From Yuukianura sp. NJ FZ-2021 (lineage: Eukaryota), in contig CM102290.1 of assembly GCA_046563655.1 (NCBI GenBank), positions 10,044,001 through 10,108,000 of the forward strand: a stretch of 64,000 nucleotides of DNA, in the 5' to 3' direction. The position numbers and the translations under genes were made by a program. Positions 12,547 through 24,320 of the stretch are shown one piece after another; within the stretch, counting starts at the first letter, position 1, and every line of letters starts with the position of its first letter. A model generated the notes under the pieces. That model did not search any database. It had not been told where the DNA came from and worked only from the letters and a program-made list of their open reading frames with translations.

Positions 12547-15500
12547 ATCTCAAGGAAAAGGAAGTGGAATCACAATCGTTCCGCTCCTTCCGCCACCTCA
12601 GAGTAACTTTATGAAGCAACATTTCAAAATACGACGAATTATGTCCAGAGCTGAGCATCAACGCATCCAACAAAAATCATACTTGCTTTTTGTTCGTTTG
12701 GTTAAGCGATTTTGATAATGAAGTTTAAATGACTTCAGTGGCAATGACAACGTGCCGACAATGACCAAAATTCTAAAAGTTTAAACCATAGTCAGACCTA
12801 AGAATTAGCTACTCATAAACACAACAAAGGCTTTGGAATTTTTATGCTCCGTGACTTTAGAACTTGAGGGTTCTCGCGGTGGCTACGCCATGCGCACGCG
12901 TCCCCACAACCAAAACAAGTCCTTTCTCCGTTTTCCCAGTCGAAGTGAAAGTCCCAGCGAAAGTAGTTGTTCTCTTCCCTCCCAAACAGAGCGTGTGAGT
13001 ACTCCCAAAGTCTTGGTTTTTCCAAATAATCTTCCAACTTCTAAAAGTTCAAAGTTCACTGGACAACCCCCAAACTCTCCTCCGCGACCTTGACTCGGTC
13101 CTTCCGGAGTCTTTGACCAGGGCATGAGTGATTCTGGTGACTGGAAATTCTTACAAGGATCTGCAATGGAAAAGGTCAGACTTCCTCATTCCTTGTTTCT
13201 CCGTCACACCCAAAGTCAAGCGACTCTCACCTAAAAACAAATACATAAAAAAACAGAAATTCACATTTCGTTTCAATCCTCTAAAAATCCATAAGCTAAC
13301 AAATCAAAAATTAGGGTTTTGCTTCTCGCGCTGCAAATTAACTTTTCCTTTCAATTCCAGCATGCTTTGAACTGGTGCTAATGAACACAGTCCCTTTGAT
13401 TGTACAGAATTCTTAGAAAGGAGAAGTAGGATCAGGATCGATATCGCTCGCTATAGACCATCTCCTCCAGATCTCTTAATGCATTCCGCCCTTATCCGCC
13501 TCCAGGAAAAACAAAAATCTCAAGACAGTCGTCCCCAATCCCACAATTCCCACTTTCCCTCTCCATTTCGCAATTTTTCTCAATTTCTACTTTTTCCCGG
13601 GGTAACTTGAGACTTTAAACGAACAGGAATGAATGACCGAATAAAATCGACAAAAGAATCACAATGACACAATTAGGAATTCCAGACACTGGTTCTCGTC
13701 TCCATAAAAAGTAGGCAGACAAGAGAACCAGTCAATATTTTGGTAAACAATCACAAGTACATTAGTAAACAAACTCCAAAACTTGTTTTTTTTAACACTT
13801 ACATCCATTTTCAGGAATCAGAAGCGGAATTTAACTAACTTTCTAACTTCGTCCGTATCTAGTATAAACACTTGACGACTCTACAACTGCGAATTTGGAA
13901 TAGGACAACTTTGTAAACAAAACTGAAGATTCAGGCGTTCCAATTTGTTCTACTTTTACTAAAAAAATACATAAAATTTCAACTTTTTGTTCAAACAGAA
14001 ACATCATTTGACCTTGACCTTTTCCGCATCGCTTATTAATAGTTAACTTTCAGCATCAGTCCAACTCCAGAGAGAGTGAGTTAGGTAATCACTTTACGGG
14101 AAAAACAGAAAGAGAAAATATGCCAAAAAATTGCAAACAGTCGTTGTTGGCATTGGAAAGTGTTTGGATGACTTCCTACATTGCAGAACAGCCGCTTACG
14201 CTAATACAGATCACCTACCAACACCGCTACACGCAACATCTGGGTTGAACTTTGTCAAAATACCCTCGCATGACACCAAAGTCAGGCAGAGGAAATTCAA
14301 AACACCTAATTTAAAACTTGTTAAAAAAACTTAAGAATTTTTCTAAATTCACAAGAAACTTGAGCAAGTTTAAAAAATGCTTTTGATAAGCACAATTTAA
14401 ACAAAATTATACTCTGGTGTGTCAAGCGTGTGGTTGGAATGTTGCGTAAGCTGCTGCCAGGCGACGTCAACTACGTTTTACTTTTTCCAGAAGCATATTC
14501 CACACTTGAATTCTCCAGAGAGCGTGTCGAAAAAAAAAACCCGGCCCCGCCCAGTTGTCCACTTCCAGAAAAATTGGACTTTTTAAAATAAGTATTTTTT
14601 TAAACTGTACGCGCTGAAATTGCTATTATAATTTGACACTTGAAAGACTAGCGTCCATCCCTGAAAGATTGGATATTAAAAATAGACATTTGACGCTTTC
14701 TAACCTCTTGTCCACGATAGGTCAATCCCCCTTCTCCTCATTATTCATCCAGACGAAGACGAGCAGCATGAGGTTATGGACACGATTTCATTTTCATTTT
14801 TCTTTATTTCTTGCGGCTTTGATGGGTCCTCGGACGTGGTACTTGGGTTTCAGGAGTCAGATTCCATCCATCACAAAAAATATCGTTGTATGAAGAGCGT
14901 CATAAACTTCCAACTCTCCGGAGTAGTGTAATTATCCAAAGCTAAAGTCGCCTTCTTCCCTCGTCTTTCAAGTGGTAGATGGTTTGGTTCATCTCCTGGA
15001 AATAGTCACAAGCAAAGCAAATCAGAATGGTTCACAGTGAATTCTCGAGTGGTTTCAATTGGATCAAGGTTGCCTCATCTCTTTCTCACAAGGAATCATC
15101 TATCTTCTGCACATGAAAACAATCCGCAACAAAAAACCTTAGCTTCTCTTTCCCCATCGAAATTTTTATAACTTTACGAAATAGAAATGTTTAAGGTTGG
15201 ACAAAAATCTCAAGTACTACCCGCAAAAACATGCGCACAGCAGGGATTTGACATGCGTGAGGTCAACTCTTACCATGACCTCACGCAGGTCATCTGGTCC
15301 AGTCCATATGTCACTGTTCGGCGTCCGATGGCTGAAGACTATCCTATCCATATGCTTCGGGGAGATACGAACCCTACTTTTAGATCTCGTGCTCAAGAAG
15401 GCACAAGGAATCTGAATCTCATTCCTCCGAAAGAGCTCTTAAGCAGTACTGCTAGCTATACCCAATTGAGGACAACCGGGAGCCAGCGTCTTGGAAGCTA

Positions 15501-17699
15501 AAATGGTTTGGAACTATAAGTTAAGTGGGATTGAGCTAGTGATGCCCTGAGTACTTGCGATATGTTTTAAATCAAGAACCAACTCCCAAAACAAAACTCT
15601 CCTCCCGAGATCTCCCTTCCAAAAGCCAAGTCCAACAGGCTCTTTAGCCAGTTTGGACTCACAGTCAGTCTTTGGAGGTTAGTGAGACAGTCCATCCCTT
15701 CATTTACTTCTCAGTTAGTAAATCAAACAATTAACGATCTACACACTCACCAGTTGACCAACTTCTGCAACACTCTGGTGCACACCTCGGAAGACCAGGT
15801 AACTCGAGTAGACTTGATGTGACGCTTCAAAGGTTAGGTAAATTGTCAGATCCAACTCCAGGGGCTTCCGGACACTTTGAAAAACGCAAAAAAAAAAATT
15901 AAAAATTATTTTTTGAAATTCAAAACATTTTCGTACATTGTCAATTTCACACATTGTTACTAACTAGGTTCCGAGCTGTAGCAAGGTAAAGGTTTAGCAT
16001 TTTTGTTAGGCTAAGTTCTGTTACAAGGATGCGCTGTTGTTAGGTTAACCTAACCATCCACATAAGCACTCCATGGCGAGTAATAGTGCCGGTAGACAGT
16101 GATTTAGCAGTAATTGATAGATGAGGTTATTAAATCCAAGCATCAAAGTTGTTTGCTTAAAGCATTGTAAACTCACTTTGATTTGTACCAAAGAGGCATC
16201 GTTGCAGACTGCAAATTTATGAAGGAGAAGTTTTGCTCGTTTGCTCCGCCGCTAATTCACACGAAAGGCATTGACATGTCGAAAAGCCTGGAGGGGGGAG
16301 AAGCATTTTCTATTGTTTGAGTCCAGGAAGAATCCTGTCCAAGTACACGAACACGTCCATCCAAAGGTGTCGAAAGAATTATGCTCAATTCAATCTGGAA
16401 TTGCAAAAGAGAAAAAGTTATTGTTAGGTGGCTAGTAACAGAATTTGGCAAATCAAGGCTGATTATGCAGTGGCACTTGTCCTTTGTCCATAATTCTAAT
16501 CTATTCAAAAACATTACACTCCATCACCCGTCGCTTAACAACTTCTAATAACAAGCAACGCAAATACCCGCATCAACCGTCGCTCAGTCTCGGTTAAATT
16601 CATGGTCACTCTCAAATCAAATTACCACAACCACAAATGCATTCTCTAAAAAAGATTAAAATCACAAATCCGATGGTTCGTTTCTCACCAAAACCATATC
16701 GATATACTATTGGTCCCGCTACGAATTAACCTACCCTAGTAACTAGCATCACTACTGAAATGTAGTAAACAACTTAACTTTGTACAGCAGAACTAACCTA
16801 ATAAGAGTCGTGTTAGGCTAAATTAGGTTCATGCTGTGTTAGTGAGGTTAATAAAAGTCGGCATGATTGCTTAGGTTACAATTGAAGGGTCCTGAGCCTG
16901 ACGCTAGGATAGAATACAACCTAGTACACTATATTAGCGGACGAGGCCTTGCCTCAAGTGGAAAGTGTGAAGCAATAGGCGATGGTGTTAATCATGAGAA
17001 ATAATATTCACAGTAAGCATAATGTATAACTTCATAACTCTTCAAGTTAACAAGTGGTTGGGAGGGGGAAGACCTTGAGATGGGGGGAGGGTTATACTGG
17101 ATCCCAGTAATTTAGTTCCAGCAATTACAAGTGATAGGAACAAAGTGTATGAGTAAGGAACTGAGTAAAACAAAAGCTTCTTCAAATGACACAGCCCATT
17201 AATTTCAATTTTTCAAATGAGAGGATTAGAAGATGATAACAGTAAGATGTGTCTACCACACCAGACTTGACTGGAACATAGAGGGTAACTGGGTAACATG
17301 ACAGGGTCAGGGCATCAACCACTACTACTACAACGGTGGAGGCCACATGGAATCAGTCTTCCTTCATCCAGAGCCAGTTCTGGACTCCTATTTCTGGAGC
17401 ATGACATTGACAGCTTAGATTTTTTTAGAGGTTAAGATTGAGTTGATAGACTGGAAGTAGGAGTAGCTTACGAAGTGCTGGAGATTGGATTCTGACAATT
17501 ACTGACTCTTCTTGATTTTTGAAGTCTTAAGCTTCCTGGTAATTTTTTGGGTGACCATCACAGGCTTCAAGTTTATTCCATAATCCGTCCCTTGGTCTCC
17601 GTCGATTTCTGGAATCCTGGTGCTCAAGACGTACGTTTATCCTCCCCGCAAGTGCCTGCGTGTCAAAGTTCAAAAGAGAGCTATTAACAAGAGAAAATT

Positions 17700-20600
17700 A
17701 TGCGGCGCGTGAGTCAGGAACAGAGTAGGAGAATCAGCCATGATGCCTCCATACGCAAGAGGAGCACGGAACATCCATATGTCCGTCGTGGGAGTATGGA
17801 CGTTACAAACCTCGGATCGGTAACAAACCAACTTAAATCATTCGTCTTTAAAACTAAAAGGTTGGAGGTCATAGGAGAGCCAGTCCCATTTTCAAGTGGC
17901 GTAAAAACCAGGATAAGACTTTTAGCGGTCAATTTGTTGCGTAACGATGATAGTGAGCGATTAGTCTTACCTTTTTCACCAATTTCCCGTTGCTGGATGA
18001 CCCATATCAATCCATTAATTGGCTTCAGCACCGAATTACTAATTGTAAGGATGACCCGCTTGCGGCACACCACCTTACACGGACTGCGGCCGGGAAGTGG
18101 CGAAACACGAGCGGTGAGAGTTGAAGGACGAAACGGCGTGGCCTTTCCCCCAGTCGTCGGCACTTTGGATCTCCAAAACTCCACTAAAAACTTCCAGAAA
18201 CGCTCAACTGACGACCTCCTTTTTTTTTTATAAGAATGAAACGCACTATGTTTACTGCAAAACGTTTTCTCAGAGTTTAAAAACGATGTGTAGTTTTCAA
18301 AAAATTACTCCTTATGCTTCGTTCTCTAGTAGCTCAAAAAATTACAACTGCTCCACAAAAAACTTATTCCAGCGGCGGTAATTCTTTCGATTAATTTTAC
18401 GTTGCTTGCCTTGAAATCTCCAATTTAGTAATCCATCACAATCACAAGAGATTTTTCTCACTTTCTTTGGTAAATTCTTATCATTCTGACTAGAATATAA
18501 TTCAACCACTGGTCTGCAGTTTGGTAAATGTGTCAGGAATCCTTTTAAGTGAAGAATTTTTTTTCTTTTTTATAAACCGAAATTATGAAACGTGTGTAAT
18601 TGAAATGACGAAATGACCAAAAACCTGTTTTGTCAATTCAGAAAACAACTTTCTCAGATCATCTCTTTCGCTTTCTTCTCAATTTTGCAAAAAGTTTTCC
18701 CTTATAACATGAATGGCTGCAGAGTTAACTAATTCTCTGCCAACTGAATAGTTGAATAATATGCCACTGAATGGACTATTTCAGTTAGTAACTCCAGAAG
18801 TTAGTGCCGACATCTGACCCGTCTAAAAAACAAAGACAAGCGTCTTTTCCGTTTTGAAGTTTTTGGCGCCTTTTCGATCATGCTTTTGGATGGGGATTGT
18901 TGCATTTCGTGGGAAATTTAAATCCATTTGCTCATTGATGGGCAGCTTAAGTAAGATAAGGCGATAAGGGATGCTTTTTTTTATAACGTGACATGAACAC
19001 GTGAAGGTGAGTGTATTTTAACTTTGCTTGGAGTTCGTAACATTCTGATGTGGTTCTTTGACATTCTGTGATCTTTGACATAGTTTTTAAACATAGACTT
19101 CTGCGGGGGTAAGAATGAAATGGAGAGTCCTTGACTTTAGCAAAAATGAAATAATTGCGCAATGATCCGTTGATGAGATTAAACGTTAAAAATAGCTAAC
19201 TAAATGTTGTTTATGTTCTGTTTTTGTAGAAGCATTTGGTGCCTACGGAGCGATGTGGACCGTTGAGCATTTATATACAGGTGAGTCTGTCATATTTTTG
19301 ATGTAAAATCATTGGTAGCATGGCACATGACCTCGACATCCATATTAAACGATTTACAAATTGGACACCAATGCATATAACTGAACTATTATGTTGATTT
19401 ATAGGGAGATTTGGCTCAACAGGAGAAGAGAGCCGTCTTCCTAACCGTGCACGATTTGGGATGCAACCGTAAGTAACTTCAGCTATTTCATTTGTAAACC
19501 GTAATTGCTAAATGATTAATTGAATAGTGGTTTTCGTACTACAACTCGTGTAATAGACGAGTTGTAGGTGTTACGCTTCGTATAATCTAACATCAATTAT
19601 TGATGGTTTGTGTTTCGGAACAGATACGTCTTTCCATGACTTTGTGGAACATCCCTGTATGGCCGAAATCAAGGAAAGATCCGTTTTTATTCATGTTGAT
19701 ATCCCTGGACAAGAAGACAACGCGCCTGACCTTCCAGACGAGTAAGTCCAAATTATTGAGTTAACTTTGGAATTGAACCAAAGTCGTGTCCACTGAGGAG
19801 GCATTCAACTACTTTATTCAAGAACATTCCATAAATTAGCATCTGCGGAGACTTACTTTGTGAAGTGATGTTTTAGAAGTAGTTGGAATTGACTGCTTGG
19901 CGATAACGTCAACCTCAGTCAGTGTCGGCTTTCCATGATTAGAACCAGAGTAACCAACAAGGCATAGTGGGTTGGGAGCTTGGACCTTATTAGTGGAAGC
20001 TGACTTGACAGTTGGTGTTGTCCAGAAAGTGGGAACTGGGATGATATAAATTTTGAAATATGAATACTTGAATACTTTATGGGTCGAGTAGCTTCTTGCA
20101 TCAGAAGAAGAGTTCATGTTCACTTGGTATTCGGATGAAAGTGAAACTGGTTCTTGCTCTAACCAGTTCAATAATGAATGGCATGAGGAATCCGATTAAA
20201 TAATTGATTTGATCCGATTCTTCTTTTTGGTTTCCAGTTTCACGTTTCCAACGATGCAAATGCTGGGTGAGGACTTGGTTACGGTCCTTGACTTTTTGCA
20301 CATCAAGTACGTGATCGGACTGGGCGAAGGGGCTGGAGCCAACATTCTGCTCCGTTTCGGAATGGCCCATGCCGCAAGATGTTTGGGCCTCATTTTGGTT
20401 AACGTCACTGCTGGCAAGACGGGAGTGATGGAGTACTTCAAGGACAAGGTACGCAATGATATCCACATCGTGCGAATGTCTACGCCGCTGCTCTCAAACT
20501 TTTCCATCCGACATGTGAAGTTCACACTGTGAACTTCCCTATCAACAACCCCTAATTATTTTTGTCTTTTCTATTTTTAGTTTATTAACTGGAAGCTTGG

Positions 20601-22590
20601 ACAAGTTGGTCATAATCCAACGACGGAGCAATACCTCGTTTTCCATAAGTTTGGACACGTAAGCTAACTTACTGATGAGATGATGGTCCACTGAATGGAG
20701 ATAGAAGTTAGAGTAGTTTACTAATTGACAAAGGGGTCATGTGGGTTGAGCAAATGAGTCCATCTAGAACCAGAAGCACTCGAGGGGGGAAGTACCTACT
20801 CATAAACTGGATCGTAAAATTTAACTTGAGTAATTTCCCATCCAACGTTACTCTCTTTTGCAAGTCCAATGAGCCTCCTTTCGTGGGATCCGACTCAAAC
20901 TTGTACTCTCACCATCGTCATCAATCTATCGTCTTTCCTATGCATGCCAGCTTATGGGACACCTTTGGATTTTAATTTGAAACTAATACTATAGTATATA
21001 TATACTGCTGACCAATTGCGCACGCATCGACGATACACTGTGCATTGGCAGCAAGGTTTGGGCGGGAAGATTTGGAGCATGTCCTGATAACCAAAACGAT
21101 TTGACCTCTCATACTAGTCTTTCTTTCTGTTTTCCATGTTCTCATCAATGTCTCTTTTCTCTCGAACTTTACCATCAACCAAAAGAATCTGGAAGAGGTA
21201 ATGTACGGAAAAACTCGCGCCAAAGATGCCATCTTTAAAACATTTTCCAAGTTTCTCTTTTTGTACTTTTGCTACCTACGAACGTTTATACTTGATTCAC
21301 TCCAAGTGCGGGGTTCGGAAGGCGGAACTCATTTTTGTTGTGGGCGGAGTTATGAACTACGTCAGCGAACCGCCGCATTGCCAGTGAATGGAGCGTTTTC
21401 GTTCGTAGTCTTGCTTTTTCAATAGCGTTCATTGACAGCTAGTCCTTTTATTAGACTTTTAGTCTTTATAGTTAGTAGCCTTTTAGCCGTTAGTCCTTAC
21501 CTCTTAGCCGTTTAGGCGTTAGTCAATTGATACAAAAAGTCTTGATTTGGACAGTACGCTTTTTCCTTTATTAGTTCATAGGTAGTACAAACTTGGGATG
21601 TGCGCATAACCCGTTGATTTTGCATGGTGGCGGCATCCATTGCGCATGAGTCGCAACTCCGCTTCAGCTTACCTCGGTGGTGGAAAACTCGATGAACTCG
21701 AGCCCTCCTTCGTTGTTTCAAAATGATTTTGTAGTTTTTGGCTCGTAGTTGCGTCAGTGTTTTTAAATTTATTTTGTGACGTGTGTTTTGAACTTGGCGC
21801 CAGGTTGTTGTTTAGAATTTAAATGTTTCCTGAATACTTTGTTACAGCAACTGAAGGATGAGGACATCATCAAGGATCGGGAAAAGACGATCCAGGACTA
21901 CCAGGCGAAGTTGCGTTCGGCCATCAACGCCAAGAATTTGAAGCTCTACGTCACAGCCTTCATGCAGTAAGTGGCCATTGAAGATTCTTCGCATAACATG
22001 AATTTCAATTGAGACTTCGCACTCAACAGTTTTAGTGTAGTGACGAGGCATGAAGTCAATTAGGTCCATTAACTCATCTCATTGTTTCTTTTTTTAGTCG
22101 AAAAGACATTTCTGGTCTCTTGGAAAAGAACCTCAAGATTGATACGTTGCTGCTGGCTGGAGCTAAAGGCTCATTTGGATCCACTGTGCAAATCCTCCAT
22201 GCCCAAATGGACAAGCAGAAGACTCAGCTTCTCAAGGTCGATGACGTGGGGGACGTAATCAATGAAGCTGTATGTTGCCACCCAATGAAAACTCATGACT
22301 AGAACTCAACAACGGTAGACGTTTCTAATTTTTGGTTGTGATTTTAGCCGGAGAAAGTAGCCCAGAGCATTCTGCTCTTCTGCAAGGGTCAAGGTCTCTT
22401 GACCTCTGTGACTATGCCTGGTGTGGAGAGGCAGAGAACGTTTTCGGGCGGAGAGGACACGGCGCCAGCAATAGATAAGTTGCATCGCAAGAGCATGAGC
22501 ATGGAAGACTACGACCAGCCGAACATCAGACGCCTGTCCGTCACTGCCCTTCCATCGAAACTAGACAAGAAGCAGCCACTGACAGAGTGA
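17700..22590 (+). CDS. NDRG-family alpha/beta-hydrolase-fold protein (ZK1073.1/CG2082-like). Exons 17700-17819 (tentative first exon), 19230-19280, 19405-19468, 19624-19741, 20238-20448, 20581-20658, 21848-21966, 22098-22269, 22348-22590
   Basis: Motifs FLTVHDLGCNH, IHVDIPGQED, FPTMQMLGEDL, VIGLGEGAGANIL and PEKVAQSILLFCKGQG are diagnostic of the Ndr family. All junctions are GT-AG and in phase. The first exon is inferred from an ATG plus a phase-0 donor only. Confidence 0.88.
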
Positions 22591-24320
22591 GAAATATTAC
22601 AAATCAATAGTCGTTTATAAAAACGTTTTCATACAAAACAGTTTAGTAAACGATTCGTAGACGATTCATTTACTAAGCATAGTTTCCTAAACGTTTATAA
22701 CTGTTCATTGAATGCTTTGACAGCGATTGTTTAATGAACTTTTTAAACATGTACCAAACGGCTGTTTAGCAAACGTTTTTTGAACGTTTGTCAATGGGTT
22801 TGAAAATTATTAAACGTTTTGTTGTCGTTTCAGGTAAGACGTCTGCAGCACGTGTGACTGTCGGGGGACATTTTATGTGAGTTAGTATAAACTGCAAGAT
22901 GATGCAAGAGTGTAGTTTCCTACTTGAATAATCTTAGAATAAATAACATTAATCAAGATTCTCTAGAATCTTTAGGGATTCTAGGAAGGCTCTTAGGTTT
23001 AAGGCGAGAGGCATATTTCTAAAAAACTCAGAAAAATCAAAACAAACAGCTACTTAAGTGCTACAGTCAGCTAGCCCCGGTACCATTTGGAAGCCGTTTA
23101 GCCTTCGGGCCAAACAGCTAGCGACTTGCACCAGCTAAGACAATTAGTTCCTTCATGTTGCTAAAAGCTACAAAGAAATTGATAGCTGAAGAACAACGTT
23201 TACACTGAAAACCAACCAAATAATTGGAGTTACCAACAACCACTTTAACAGGGCTTTAATTAGGTAAATACTTGGAATCAATGTTAAATTAATCTTGCAT
23301 GGTTAATTAGTCATGATTAACTTTAATCGTAATTTGGGATTGAGTAGGAGATTTAATTGATAGTAAGTTATAGACCGTGTAATAGACCGCCAGTTGCCTC
23401 AATATTTTACAAAAACAAAAACAAAAATTCAAAAGTTATAATGCAAAAGTGATGCTCTTTCATTAGAAAAGATACAAAAAAAAAACAAATCTTTGTCCTG
23501 CCTAAATCCCGTTACAATTGAACATGTTCAAACGATTTGTGGGAATTAGTTGATTAGTTAATTGTAATTGACATTAACTTTAATTGGACATTTATGCTTT
23601 TGACGAAGGTCCCTCGACCACACACCCCACCATAATTGAAATTCAAATTTTCGTTCCCTCTCAATTAGTTGTAACCATGGAAATCGTAGTTTAATTGTCT
23701 TTACTTTATTCTCTCTTGAGTGCTTGAAAAATCCTTCGACACGAAGGTTTACCATTATTGTCATCATATGGTTCTTTGGCCAATCAATAAAAATATACAT
23801 AAAAACATGACATTTGGTTTGTTCATTAATTTATATTACTCAATATATCATACGTTTTAAACAAACAAAAACATGCGCGGAAGCGTTTTCCGAAAGGTGA
23901 AAGTGCTGGATGTGTCAAAAAATGAACGGACAGGAGTAAGTATTGCATTAGCGTATTGACTTTACAACTTACTTTAGGTGAAAATTTTGTTAATATTTTT
24001 GCAAATTTTTTCTCAAATTGATTTTCGTTTTAAGTATGTGTTTGTTTTTGTTTGCCAACATAAAAGTAGCACGTAACTTTCACCTTTTATGTCCTTCTGG
24101 ATTCGAACATTTTCGGATAATTCGGAGACACACCGAATCGTCCAAAAAGAAAAGAAGGAAACACTCACACAGATATCTAGATTTTTCTTATGTAATTTTT
24201 TTTTCAAAAATTGTTCCTCAGCTGACAAAATTCAAGATTTTTTGGTTTTTGAATTTGCGAAACTTTTAGTTCACCAAGTTGAAGAAAGTGGAAATGTGAA
24301 AGTGAAGATTTCTGTGATGG

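Noticed and set aside
17714..18233. Overlapping 156-aa (minus) and 177-aa (plus) ORFs
   Set aside because: No recognisable protein features beyond the first 40 codons of the plus ORF. The rest is better explained as structured intron.
20995..21055. Possible 61-nt cassette exon (TAG|TATATA...CAAG|GTTTGG) in the NDRG intron
   Set aside because: Weak pyrimidine tract and donor, and frame-shifting. It cannot be supported without RNA data.
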